Of a stretch of 64,000 nucleotides of DNA, positions 45,324 to 55,209 are shown one piece after another. Position 1 is the first letter of the stretch; the number at the start of each line of letters is the position of its first letter. The stretch comes from a virus. Both the position numbers and the translations under genes were made by a program. Under the pieces are notes generated by a model. The model was not told where the DNA came from. It ran no database searches and saw only the letters and a program-made list of their open reading frames with translations. Location: positions 1 through 64,000 of the IMG/VR virus record IMGVR_UViG_3300012204_000007; one strand, given 5' to 3'.

Positions 45324-45634
45324 AGCCAGAGGATGCATTCACCAAGAAGAGCCTAAAGCGATACAAGAAGATTAGACGTATTGCAGACGACACATATGTC
45401 GCGCTCGGCTATAATATAATTGTCGGTAGAAAGCGCGTCGAAGATGGTAAGTCAGATATTGTCTACTTAGAGGTAAGGCGTGCACACGCCTTCAACGAGG
45501 GCTACACCAGCCATTGCTTTTGTTTTGAGTCCATGCCAACAAAGCGCGAAGTCACCCAAGTCATTAGGCTGTTGATACTGACGGCGATGAATGTCACCGT
45601 TACTACAGAAGGAGAGAAGCCATGTGGATTCTGA
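45320..45634 (+). CDS. hypothetical protein
   Basis: ATGA overlap chain. Confidence 0.65.
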   Translation: MKPEDAFTKKSLKRYKKIRRIADDTYVALGYNIIVGRKRVEDGKSDIVYLEVRRAHAFNEGYTSHCFCFESMPTKREVTQVIRLLILTAMNVTVTTEGEKPCGF

Positions 45635-46146
45635 CAGTTATCGTAACGGTATTCGGTATCGTAGTAGGTAGAGAAATAGTCAAAACAACGTTTGAAAATA
45701 GTCGCAAGACTAACTATAAAGGCATGGTTTTGTTTTCTATGTGGGTTGTTACATACGTAATATATATATGGGTGGCAATCTGATGGTCTTTATATATATA
45801 TGTATTCTGCTGATTGTATGGTTCATCATATGGCGACCCAGTATGGTCGATGCATTCAAGAATAGAAAGACCAACGACGCCGGTATAAAGCAACTAGACA
45901 ACATCGAATACATCGAAGACATTCTTAAAGAATGGAAGGATAAATGAAACTTACATTAACAGGCAGCGAGTGGATGTTAGAGATTGACACCGATATCAAT
46001 AGACATGGAGTAGGAGTGACACCAATGTCGCTTACTCATCACTCCTTTCCCACTCATTACACAAGGGACGGATATCCAATGGGAATTGAATTCTTCCCAG
46101 CAGGTGAATGCGACATTGCAGGTTATTGGGTGGAGGTAGATAGCCG

Positions 46147-46788
46147 ATGAACTATACAACTGAGAATGCACAAGAATTGATTGAAGAGTGGGACTACCAC
46201 AATCGTAGGCATAACTGCTATTATGAGCAGTCTGATGATGCTGGTCCCTATGAAGAATGCCCAGCCGAACACGCGACACTGCGTGCATTCATGATGAGCA
46301 AGGGATTCCCTGTCAGTTACAAGAATGATTGGGTTCTTGGACGTGAACTAAACGAACCTAATTATAGATTGAAGAGCGAAGCAATATATGGACCAAGGCG
46401 GGTAAACTCATTGTCTACCCGCCTAAAGGAAAGTATTGAGCGTCTAGAATCCAAAGGCCACGCGGTAGAAAAGATTGAGACCCCAGAGGAACAGGAAGCC
46501 TTCGACACCGCATGGAAGACGCCTCTACGAGACAGGTACAAGCAAGTGTTGACAGACAACACGGACGCCGTGCTGAGGAATAGGGCTGAGAGGGCCAGAA
46601 ACGACGGTCAGAGCGCCGGTAGTAATGAAGTGGACCCAGGACACCATGAGTATTATAAGAGCCGTTTAGACAGCATAGAGAGTGTTCTTGTAAATGTGGT
46701 TAGAAAGTTGGACTGGATTCAAGAGCGGTTGGGCGAACTCGCGCCGGTAGTAACAGATGATGATTATAACTGGTATGACGACCTATGA
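46147..46788 (+). CDS. hypothetical protein
   Basis: GGAGG RBS; last gene of plus-strand block. Confidence 0.7.
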   Translation: MNYTTENAQELIEEWDYHNRRHNCYYEQSDDAGPYEECPAEHATLRAFMMSKGFPVSYKNDWVLGRELNEPNYRLKSEAIYGPRRVNSLSTRLKESIERLESKGHAVEKIETPEEQEAFDTAWKTPLRDRYKQVLTDNTDAVLRNRAERARNDGQSAGSNEVDPGHHEYYKSRLDSIESVLVNVVRKLDWIQERLGELAPVVTDDDYNWYDDL

Positions 46789-46938
46789 GCGCCGGTAGGA
46801 AATTTAATCAAGAAGATATTGATGAAATCATTCCCAAAATTCACGGTAACAAAGCAACTGTAGTTTGGTTTACTAATGGTCAATACTACTGCTCTTGTGG
46901 TGGCAACAATGAACTTATACTTCGTGAATAAGAAAAGA

Positions 46939-46981
46939 TTATCCACAAGATAGGTTAACCTGTGGATAAAGTTGTGGAAAA
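46939..46981. promoter_or_regulatory. DnaA-box cluster
   Basis: TTATCCACA 46939, TGTGGATAA 46961, TGTGGAAAA 46973. Confidence 0.65.
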
Positions 46982-47441
46982 AGAGTTAACACCGTAAACA
47001 AAAGTAATATGTGTAAACTGTGTAGGGGATATAGTGTATTGGAAATATACAAATGCGCCAAATTTAAGCCTATTTTATGTACAATTGGCCTAATTTTATC
47101 CAAAAAAGTGTACCAATGGCCCAATATACCCAAAAATGACCCAAAACCTCATATGCCATACAAAACCGGGCCGGTAGTCAGTCTTTGTTATACTTACTAG
47201 ATATTATTATAGGGATTGACTACCGCGCCCGTTGAATATAGCATATCACAGCGTTCAATTACCATTTTGTAAGTTGAATATGACATTTGGGAAGGTTAGG
47301 TATCACTTGATGCATTAAAATAGACCATTTGATAGGGTAAAATATATACCAATACAGACCATATGGTCTGTCTCGTAATGTTTATTCTACGGATATCGTT
47401 GTTGAGTGAGGTTTTGAACCATGAGATAATCTGAATTTTCC

Positions 47442-47552
47442 AGGAGATTCTACGCCCTATCGTAATACTCTCTGATATAGATATGTCAATTATTTCATAA
47501 ATGACAATACTGTTCAGGAGATATATACTTTCGTCGTAATCTATTGTGATAT
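47442..47552. repeat. two copies of 37-bp motif AGGAGAT-N11-TCGTAAT-N6-TGATAT (third copy at 543-579)
   Basis: identical spacing in three copies. Confidence 0.75.
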
Positions 47553-47658
47553 TGTTATCTCAATTGTTTAAATGGGAAAATGTTATGGGAATTGCCCACC
47601 ACCGTAAGGTGGTGGGCAAAACCAAAGGATATAAGAAAAGGCCCCGAAGGGCCTTGAC

Positions 47659-47910
47659 TTATGCGACTCGCAGCAGCACGTCTTCACGAGCCTCAGCCAG
47701 CGTCATGTCATAATGACCCCAGCAAGCGCACTGGTTCAGGTCACTATCGTAGTAAAGATAGTGAGTTGAAAAGGCTCGACTGGGGAATGAGTACGCGGGC
47801 TGTCTGACTACCGCCCAACCACAAAGCATGTTCTCTACCTCTTCGGCGGCCTCGTCGCGGATGAAAGCAACCAATTCACCGTGCAGGCCGGTGACAGTGT
47901 GAATGTTCAT
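47659..47910 (-). CDS. hypothetical protein
   Basis: AAGGAG RBS; WGHYD motif; terminator follows. Confidence 0.75.
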   Translation of the reverse strand: MNIHTVTGLHGELVAFIRDEAAEEVENMLCGWAVVRQPAYSFPSRAFSTHYLYYDSDLNQCACWGHYDMTLAEAREDVLLRVA

Positions 47911-47919
47911 TATTACTCC

Positions 47920-48441
47920 TTAGAAGTATCGGTTGTACTCATACTGGTACTTGGTGGGCATGTCTTCTAGACTCATGGTATCACCATTCTTGGTCCAGCG
48001 CAAGGGAGTACGACCACATGGGTGATGGAAGTATACGCGCTGAGGGAGACGGTGTGCCTTGTGAACTGCCTTATCGCAGATGCAGCACGTACCAACTACC
48101 GCGTGGTCTGGACGTACTGAGGGCGTTACACACCGCTCCGGAGTGGCACCAACCTTACGGGCAACGATGCGCCAGCGAGGACCATGATGTGCCTCTGCAC
48201 CAGCAATTGCATGCGCAATCTCATGTAACACCACATCGCGGACCTCGGCGGCCGGTAGCAGAGTTACATAGTGCTTTGATAGGCTGATATTAATGGGCTT
48301 CCAGATGGTATCGTTCCACTCCTTGATGAATTGAGTTTGACCAAGCCTGGTCTTAGAATTGTCAAACTTGAACTCAAGGTGACCGACACCATGGAGAGCC
48401 ATCAGGGCCTTTGCATGCTTCTCTACCTGTCTAAGTTCCAT
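47920..48441 (-). CDS. SprT-like metalloprotease
   Basis: LHEIAHA..HGPRW...GA. Confidence 0.88.
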   Translation of the reverse strand: MELRQVEKHAKALMALHGVGHLEFKFDNSKTRLGQTQFIKEWNDTIWKPINISLSKHYVTLLPAAEVRDVVLHEIAHAIAGAEAHHGPRWRIVARKVGATPERCVTPSVRPDHAVVGTCCICDKAVHKAHRLPQRVYFHHPCGRTPLRWTKNGDTMSLEDMPTKYQYEYNRYF

Positions 48442-48529
48442 GGTGTAACCTTACCTCATATTCTCTACCGGCGTCAAGACGCTGTGTGCTTTTGCCCACC
48501 ATGTTTCACTGTTGGGCATTTACAAAAGA

Positions 48530-48650
48530 TACAACAAGGCCCGAGCATCGTCGTGGCGATGCTCGGGCCGGTATGTGAAGGTGGATTGACCGTCAAACTC
48601 CTTATGCCCTAGCCTGCCGACTGATAGGGCCACCTTCGTTATGTTGTGTA
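48530..48650 (-). ncRNA. candidate small RNA cassette
   Basis: promoter TTGACA-N17-TACACT, stems, terminator, no credible ORF. Confidence 0.5.
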
Positions 48651-48698
48651 ACAAGTGTAGCAGACGGGCGGTAGCGTGTCAACTACCGCCCGTCGTGG

Positions 48699-49049
48699 TC
48701 ACTCAGCCAGACGCTCAGCCTCAAGAGCCAGCGCGAGCAGGTCCTTGTCGAAACGACCACGCTTACCAGCCGGGTGACCGAGCAGCGCGCGGGCGTGCTC
48801 CGTGGTGACAGTGACAGGCTTGGTCGTCTTGCGACCACCCGCGAGCATCACGACATTCACGGTGATGGTCCGCTTCTCAGCCTCGGAAGCGACCACGTAG
48901 ACCTTGCTGCGGTTGGCCTTGTTGAAGGCGGCGATGATGTCCGGGTTGAGTCGGCCTCGGGTACCGGGAGCCTTGACGCCCTCGGGCTTGGCCTCGTTGA
49001 ACCACTCGCGTACGGCGCTGGCGGGAACGTTGGTCTTCTTGCTAGCCAT
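48699..49049 (-). CDS. lsr2: Lsr2-like DNA-binding protein
   Basis: SAVREWF..GTRGRLNPDIIAAF; second KRGRF motif. Confidence 0.78.
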   Translation of the reverse strand: MASKKTNVPASAVREWFNEAKPEGVKAPGTRGRLNPDIIAAFNKANRSKVYVVASEAEKRTITVNVVMLAGGRKTTKPVTVTTEHARALLGHPAGKRGRFDKDLLALALEAERLAE

Positions 49050-49266
49050 GGTGTTTCTCCTTAGAGTTGTTGTTGGTTGGCTTATGAGTGATACTCTACG
49101 CGATTCTGGTGTTGCTGTCAAGCCTTTTGAGAAGTTTTAACCGCCGAACATGATGCCATAGACGATGGCACCGAGCATCGCAAGGACTGGCCACATGCCG
49201 ATTATGGCAAGGCCAAGACATAGACCGAGCGTTACCATGGCGGCTATTAATATGCGGTCGATACAA

Positions 49267-49635
49267 TCACCGCCTTTCTTCAATGCTGACAGTGATGAAA
49301 TTGTGAATCGTGGGGGTGTTACACATGTGGTTAGTGAGACTCACCCGACACGTGTTGCAACACTCACGCATGGAATACGTCTTACCGTCAGCATCCCGCG
49401 CGAGGTATTCCTTCTCAGGAAAGCGGAAATCATCAGGCGAGAGATAGGGAGAATCTCCATCCTTCTTGACCTCGGGAGCCTTGTCAGACTTGACTACCGG
49501 CGCGCCGGTAGTAGAATCAGAGAATCGCATACCCTCAGACTCAGCCTTAACAAGTGCCTCTTTTGCGGCATTGGAGAACTTGCCACGGCCAGGCTTAGCC
49601 AGACCCTTTGAAACGAGGTAATCACGCTTGTTCAC
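49267..49635 (-). CDS. Lsr2-C-like/AT-hook hypothetical protein
   Basis: RDYLVSKGLAKPGRGKFS; C-terminal CCNTC..H.C. Confidence 0.55.
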   Translation of the reverse strand: MNKRDYLVSKGLAKPGRGKFSNAAKEALVKAESEGMRFSDSTTGAPVVKSDKAPEVKKDGDSPYLSPDDFRFPEKEYLARDADGKTYSMRECCNTCRVSLTNHMCNTPTIHNFITVSIEERR

Positions 49636-49865
49636 TTTGCCTCCTGAGGAATTGAGTAATCAAGCGGAACAACCACGACATTGTTTTCACAAATCATGGG
49701 ACCATCGTTGGCTAGGTCTCCGCTGTTATGCACATAGACAGCCTCTGGATAGGTTGCCAATCGGAAGACGGCAGGACAGCCTTCACAGAAGACGCGGTTG
49801 GAATACGGGACGTTGAGCACGAGGGTATGAAGGTGCATGGTGTTCCTTTCTCTTGAGATAAGCAT
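49632..49865 (-). CDS. hypothetical protein
   Basis: GTGA overlap with downstream gene. Confidence 0.55.
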   Translation of the reverse strand: MLISRERNTMHLHTLVLNVPYSNRVFCEGCPAVFRLATYPEAVYVHNSGDLANDGPMICENNVVVVPLDYSIPQEAK

Positions 49866-49905
49866 ACCCCATTGTAATGGGTATGTCCAGCCCTATGGGC
49901 TGGCA

Positions 49906-50211
49906 TCACCACCAGGGGCGAACAATAGGGTCAATGTACTCGGAGAGGTTCACGCCGTGGTCGCAGGCGACTTCCTCAGGGTCATTGCCGAGAACAAAGA
50001 AGATGAATGATGTACGACCATCGGGCAGGTCGACGTACACAATGGCCTCATCTACGTTGGTAACTAGGTCAACAGCCTCCTGCACGGAACTGACTTCCTG
50101 AGTCTCCTCTGGATTCCATGTATCGTCACCCACGCTTGTGACCTTGCAGCCCACGTTGGTGAGACCGTCAAGGATGAGAGTGATGGCTTCGCGGTCGTTG
50201 CTGGGCTTCAT
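49906..50211 (-). CDS. hypothetical protein
   Basis: AAGGAG RBS; FVLGNDPEEVACD motif. Confidence 0.75.
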   Translation of the reverse strand: MKPSNDREAITLILDGLTNVGCKVTSVGDDTWNPEETQEVSSVQEAVDLVTNVDEAIVYVDLPDGRTSFIFFVLGNDPEEVACDHGVNLSEYIDPIVRPWW

Positions 50212-50382
50212 TGAAACTCCTTGGTTCGTTTGGCTGGTAAGTACAGCGTAACAGAAAATCCCAGTGATTACAAGGCTCTATCGTAATGGGATTATATGGG
50301 ACGCGGGCAAAATGAAAATGCCCAACACGATGGTGGGCAAAACGGTAGGATATAGAAAAGCCCCGCCGAAGCGGGGCTAATC

Positions 50383-50733
50383 TTAGTCGTTAGCGCAACG
50401 AACCGGGTCGTCGGCGTCCATGCCCTGGCGATAGAGCGGAGCGCCGTCCGGGTCGGTGGCCTGAGTCCAGCCATCGGACTCATCGGCATTCCAGTCGTAG
50501 TCCCAAACCTTTCCGCACGACATGCACTCGCCGTGCAGGTCATCAATCCAGTCGAGGTCGCCACCAGTGCACCAGCGCTGGTCGCGCTCACACGGAGCCT
50601 CGCCGTCGTTGTCGTAGAAGTGGTCGGCTTCATAGTCCGCTTGCGCGTCCATGTCCAGTTGCTGCTCGAATCGCCACGCGGCGCCATCCATGATGGGCTC
50701 GCCGTCTTCGTTGGTCCATCCATAATTGCTCAT
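50383..50733 (-). CDS. acidic hypothetical protein
   Basis: GC3-rich codons, terminator downstream. Confidence 0.7.
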   Translation of the reverse strand: MSNYGWTNEDGEPIMDGAAWRFEQQLDMDAQADYEADHFYDNDGEAPCERDQRWCTGGDLDWIDDLHGECMSCGKVWDYDWNADESDGWTQATDPDGAPLYRQGMDADDPVRCAND

Positions 50734-51007
50734 GGTGCAATCCTACTCGTCATCGTTGGGGTTGTCAAGGACCGGCACGCCATCTTCAAGATGATAACGC
50801 GGGTCATGCGTGAGGCATGAATGGGTTTCGTCTGGTGTGTCATACATATATTAATTACACTACCGTCGTATTTAAAAGTCAAGTCTTTAATGGAAATGCC
50901 CACCATCCTCCGGATGGTGGGCAAAACCGCCGGTAGGCGGTTTTGCTATTAACTGAATGCCCCTATTACAATAATGACAATGACAACAATAACAATTGCC
51001 ACCATCA

Positions 51008-51553
51008 TTACTTAATTCCCTTCTCACGTCGCCAGGTAATCCAGGTAATAGCCTGAATCTGGTTTACCGAGATACCGGCTTCGTTGGCAGCCACAGAATA
51101 CGCGGCAGCCATATCCCGATAGATGCGCTTACCAATCTTGCGTGTCTTATCGGTAAACACCTGGTTCATGGCGATATCGAATGCGTGACGGTCGATGGTG
51201 GCAATGTTTGCCTTACCATTGGTGGCAATTGCTGTTGCGAAGTTGCGTGTCTTATCCCCACGCATAACATCTAGCGGATGCTCACCGTCGAGAATGCGCT
51301 GCGCATATGCAGTATGAATACTGATATGTCCTGAGACAATGCCGGTATCGAATGCGTTACGCGCAAGTCTGACATTGAGATTCCATGTTTTGAGCGGAGA
51401 TAGCGCGGCAATAACACCGGCACCGCGCCACACATTATTAGGGGATAATTCGAGCGCGAGGTTATGAGCCTCGTTATACCAGACCATTCCGGCGGCATTG
51501 TCGTCAGCGGTGGCGCGCGCAAAGCACGCGGCGATATTCTCTGAATACGTCAT
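51008..51553 (-). CDS. conserved phage protein (DUF7178-like)
   Basis: G..WY..A, AGVIAALSP..W..N, TIDRHA, QAITW. Confidence 0.75.
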   Translation of the reverse strand: MTYSENIAACFARATADDNAAGMVWYNEAHNLALELSPNNVWRGAGVIAALSPLKTWNLNVRLARNAFDTGIVSGHISIHTAYAQRILDGEHPLDVMRGDKTRNFATAIATNGKANIATIDRHAFDIAMNQVFTDKTRKIGKRIYRDMAAAYSVAANEAGISVNQIQAITWITWRREKGIK

Positions 51554-51716
51554 GGCACCATTGTACGCGCTAGGAGCAGACGGCGCAAGCCCCAGCGGAA
51601 ATGCCCAATAGGTAGTGATGGTGGGCAAAACCAAAATAGTATTGCGCTGGCGGCCGGTATGCCGTATTGTTGTCTTTGTCAGGGGGAACAGCCCCCAATC
51701 AGACTTAGGAGCAATC

Positions 51717-51914
51717 ATGGCTCGACGCAGGACTCGCACTGTCAGCATTCCGACCACGTTCGTTGGCACGTTCTATGACGTGCAGGCGGGTGTCTACGTT
51801 GCCACTCGCAGGGATGGCAGCCTCACCGTGGGCGCTATCAACAAGCGCGGCGTCAATGTGCAGGCTGCGGACTTGGTCATCGGTTCTGACCCGGCTGTCT
51901 ACACGGAGCACTGA
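51717..51914 (+). CDS. hypothetical protein
   Basis: AGGAG RBS. Confidence 0.65.
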   Translation: MARRRTRTVSIPTTFVGTFYDVQAGVYVATRRDGSLTVGAINKRGVNVQAADLVIGSDPAVYTEH

Positions 51915-51915
51915 C

Positions 51916-52062
51916 ATGGATGAGGTCGATGAGGTCATCCAGTCGTGGGCCATGGTAGCGGAAGTTATCTATGAGCGCAGGACGGCAGGTGACCACACTT
52001 GGTCAGGCTTCCTCAGTGAGTTTTTGACTGAGGTCGACAAGGCGCGCGAGAGCGTATCGTAA
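51916..52062 (+). CDS. hypothetical protein
   Basis: GGAG RBS, terminator after. Confidence 0.6.
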   Translation: MDEVDEVIQSWAMVAEVIYERRTAGDHTWSGFLSEFLTEVDKARESVS

Positions 52063-52172
52063 CCAAAACCCCACTGTAAAAGGTGGGGTTTTGGTATGTC
52101 TTTCGTAAATGCCCAGCACAAGATGTTGGGCAAAAGCGTTAGATATAAGAAAAGGGCCCGAAGGCCCTTGAC

Positions 52173-52373
52173 TTAGTCTTTATGGAGTCTGACTGTCACT
52201 GTCTGATGGAATGGAGGCTTATAGCGGTCGACGCTCCACCCAAAGAGAGAGTGCGGGTCCTCATTGACAGCGGCCATGGCGAAACCGACAATCATGTCCT
52301 CTGAAACGGCACCGATGTTTTCCACCATGACCTCGGTCACGGTCTTTCCACGGTCAATTGAACGAATGTTCAT
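52173..52373 (-). CDS. hypothetical protein
   Basis: GGAG RBS, terminator after. Confidence 0.6.
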   Translation of the reverse strand: MNIRSIDRGKTVTEVMVENIGAVSEDMIVGFAMAAVNEDPHSLFGWSVDRYKPPFHQTVTVRLHKD

Positions 52374-52374
52374 A

Positions 52375-52548
52375 TCAGAACTCCACTCGAATCTCAATGG
52401 TGCGATACCAAACGGTATCGTCCTTGGAAGCCATGATGCTGGCAACGGCGGCGATGCCCTCAGCCACGTTGTCACCTTGATAGAAAGGCATGTCCACTGG
52501 TTCCTGTGGGTTGGCGCTGGTGCTCTGGACCTTCTGAATAACTCTCAT
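52375..52548 (-). CDS. hypothetical protein (57 aa)
   Basis: leaderless behind TTGACA..TAGTCT. Confidence 0.6.
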   Translation of the reverse strand: MRVIQKVQSTSANPQEPVDMPFYQGDNVAEGIAAVASIMASKDDTVWYRTIEIRVEF

Positions 52549-52646
52549 GTCTAAAGACTACGCTCTCTAGGTGGCTGTGTCAAGTGGATATGGAAATGCC
52601 CAACACTTCGTCTGGTGGGCAAAACCGGGCCGGTAGGCCCGGTCTG

Positions 52647-52880
52647 CTAGTAGTCCACGTCCTCGAATTCGTATTCCTCATCAAACGAGGTAACGATTGT
52701 GATTGGGTCGAATGGTCCGACAGAGATGAAAGTGTGAACCGCATCTTCATCAACAATGTCGAGTTCGATAAAGTCTCCATCGTCATTGATGGAATAGATA
52801 TATCCAAGCAAGCATCCGTCATTATCGAGAAGGAAGTCATTGTTCTCGATAACGTACGCGAACACTACGTCAGTTTTCAT
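52647..52880 (-). CDS. acidic hypothetical protein
   Basis: terminator after. Confidence 0.65.
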   Translation of the reverse strand: MKTDVVFAYVIENNDFLLDNDGCLLGYIYSINDDGDFIELDIVDEDAVHTFISVGPFDPITIVTSFDEEYEFEDVDY

Positions 52881-53046
52881 TGGTATCCCTTACTCTCTTT
52901 GCAATGTCATGGAGCAACTTGCTAGCGTGCCGCTCGGCTGACCGAAACGAACGGAATGCTCTTGGCTTGCCATCCTTGGAAACACGAATGCCGGTATAGA
53001 GACTACGAATGTAGTATCGCCGACCGTACCTTTCTACTTCAAACAT
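52870..53046 (-). CDS. basic hypothetical protein (58 aa)
   Basis: MFEVERYGRRYYIRSL...; TAATG coupling. Confidence 0.55.
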   Translation of the reverse strand: MFEVERYGRRYYIRSLYTGIRVSKDGKPRAFRSFRSAERHASKLLHDIAKRVRDTNEN

Positions 53047-53294
53047 TAGGACACTTTGACCGTGTCTCCAACACGCACAATCTGACCGTAAAACTTACGG
53101 TTTTTGTACGGGTCGGGGCCGACGAAGTAGTGTGTTACGCCCTGAGGCATATCGACCACGCGACCGCTGTATTCGTTGCCAAAAACAGAAGTTGCTTCCA
53201 GCCTGACAAGAAAACCATTGCCCTCGGCAATAGTATCTTTGATTGCCTTTTTTGACTTGGGCCTTCCAGCGCCAATCCAGATACCTTGCGTCAT
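53046..53294 (-). CDS. hypothetical protein
   Basis: AGGAGG RBS; RPKSKKA..ATS.FGNEY.G..VGPDPY..R.FY. Confidence 0.75.
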   Translation of the reverse strand: MTQGIWIGAGRPKSKKAIKDTIAEGNGFLVRLEATSVFGNEYSGRVVDMPQGVTHYFVGPDPYKNRKFYGQIVRVGDTVKVS

Positions 53295-53543
53295 GATTCC
53301 TCCTAGAGTTTGGTCCACCAGAATGGTAGCACAGTGGCAAGCCACCATGCAACCACGAGCCAGGCGATTGTAAGAACAACCTTCCCGCGTGTGGTCATGA
53401 GTAAAGGCTAGCACGATTGCCCGAGATACGCAAGCGCAATCGTAATGGCAATATTCAGGGTGAAGGGCATTGTGGAAATGCCCACCACAGTGTTGGGCAA
53501 AACCAAAGGATACAAACAAACCCCGGTTTCCCGGGGCTGTTTG

Positions 53544-53771
53544 TCAGAAAGCGAACCCGAACTTGGTTCCGCTGTCGTTGCTGTCCGCCTCGACACCACT
53601 ATGCCACTCCCACCCGAGAACGGTAGCGAGCACACCAGCCGCGTGTCCGTGGTTCCATGCGGTTGACTTGGAAAGGTCGAGCGGCGTCGTACGCTGCACG
53701 CCGCCACCCTTCGCACGAATCTTTGGGGTGCCGTTCACGTTCACGTACTCAGTACGAATGATGTTGCTCAT
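53544..53771 (-). CDS. hypothetical protein
   Basis: AGGAG RBS. Confidence 0.7.
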   Translation of the reverse strand: MSNIIRTEYVNVNGTPKIRAKGGGVQRTTPLDLSKSTAWNHGHAAGVLATVLGWEWHSGVEADSNDSGTKFGFAF

Positions 53772-53956
53772 TAGTTCTCCTGAAAGCGTCGGTTGACATG
53801 CTTGGACTTACGGTTATACTTGGTACCCGAAGGTACCGGCGAAGTTGCGGAAGACTTACGCAATTCTATCATTGCGTCAATGTAATGGCGGTTGCCAGCC
53901 TTGCGTGACTGATTACGCCGATTCTTACCGCTCTGGCGATTGGTCCTGTTTGCCAT
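53771..53956 (-). CDS. basic hypothetical protein
   Basis: ELRKSSAT..KYNRKSKH. Confidence 0.65.
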   Translation of the reverse strand: MANRTNRQSGKNRRNQSRKAGNRHYIDAMIELRKSSATSPVPSGTKYNRKSKHVNRRFQEN

Positions 53957-54174
53957 TAGTCGACCGCCATTCCAATAATGCCCTCGCGCTTGAGAATACG
54001 AATCTCAGTCTCAGCGTCCTTACGTAGATTCAGAGTGGCCGCCTTAATGAAACGCTCGCGGTCAAACTGTTCATTGAATTCTCCGCACATGTCAGCAAAG
54101 TCACAGACAAGTGCGAGATTGGCGCGGTTGGCGTCGAGGGTGTGGGCGATGGCTTCAAAGTGCTTTCTGGTCAT
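53956..54174 (-). CDS. hypothetical protein
   Basis: MTRKHFEAIA..N..FDRERFIKA phage motif; leaderless. Confidence 0.75.
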   Translation of the reverse strand: MTRKHFEAIAHTLDANRANLALVCDFADMCGEFNEQFDRERFIKAATLNLRKDAETEIRILKREGIIGMAVD

Positions 54175-54305
54175 GGGTAAAGACTAGCCTATCGTAACAG
54201 ATGAGTCAAGTAGTGATGGGCAATGATTTGATAATGCCCACCATCAATCTTGTGGTGGGCAAAATGAGAGAATAAAAGAAAAGGGCCGGTAGGCCCTTGA
54301 CTTTC

Positions 54306-54626
54306 TCAGTATTCGCGGTCGCTCTGATAATACTGCTCTTCCCAGTAGTCACGCTCGCGCTGAGCCTCCATCATGTCGTACTCCCGTGCGGCCAGCGTCT
54401 CCCACTGCTGTTCGGTCTCGCGCTCTTCCCAGTCGAGCACGGTCTGTAGTTCGTCGCGGTCGTGTTGGGTGACGGACTCCATGTCAGACTCTGACACGTA
54501 CCGGCGAGATTCGGGGTCGGTCTGGTCGTGCTCCCACGTGGGGTGGTTGTCATCCCACTCTTCGGCGTGCGCCTGGCGCGCGGTGTTGGTACGGCTGTCG
54601 GGGTCAAAGGCTTCGATGTAGGTCAT
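54306..54626 (-). CDS. acidic hypothetical protein
   Basis: leaderless behind TTGACA-N17-TACGAT. Confidence 0.7.
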   Translation of the reverse strand: MTYIEAFDPDSRTNTARQAHAEEWDDNHPTWEHDQTDPESRRYVSESDMESVTQHDRDELQTVLDWEERETEQQWETLAAREYDMMEAQRERDYWEEQYYQSDREY

Positions 54627-54807
54627 GTGACCATCGTACTTCACGATTCCCAGGGATGTCAAGGCCCTATCGTAATGGCGTGAAGTGGGGTGGCGGGTCT
54701 TTTGAAAATGCCCACCATCTGCATGTGTTGGGCAAAACCAAAACGCATTGAAAATACCCCGCTTGACATAGCCACTACTCCATGTCAAGCGGGGTAAGAT
54801 GGTGGGG

Positions 54808-55029
54808 TCAGACGTGCTTGAGTTCGCGCAGGGCCGCTTCGGCAATGTCGGTGCCGAACTTGTCCGCGAGGAAGATGCGCGAACCCATGAGGTCGCCCGT
54901 GCGGCGCAGGTCGCGGTACTTGCCTCGTCCGCTCGCGTACTCGACAGCGGTCAGGATGAGCGCGTTGCGCTTGGCAGCCTTGTCGGCGTGGTTGTGAAGG
55001 ACGGTGGCGGGAGTCGGGTTCTTGGTCAT
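54808..55029 (-). CDS. hypothetical protein
   Basis: leaderless behind TTGACA..CATAAT. Confidence 0.7.
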   Translation of the reverse strand: MTKNPTPATVLHNHADKAAKRNALILTAVEYASGRGKYRDLRRTGDLMGSRIFLADKFGTDIAEAALRELKHV

Positions 55030-55209
55030 GTCTCTATTATGGGCCATGTGGGAGAGTGGTGTCAACAGATAATTTGAAAATGCCCAACAGGTGTTGGGCA
55101 AAACCCCGAGTTAGCGGGGTTTTGCGACAAAGGGCTTAGGCGATGGTAACCTAGGCACTGGCGGCGGGTATTGAATCTGCATAATTCCTCCTAATTCATG
55201 ATAACACAA

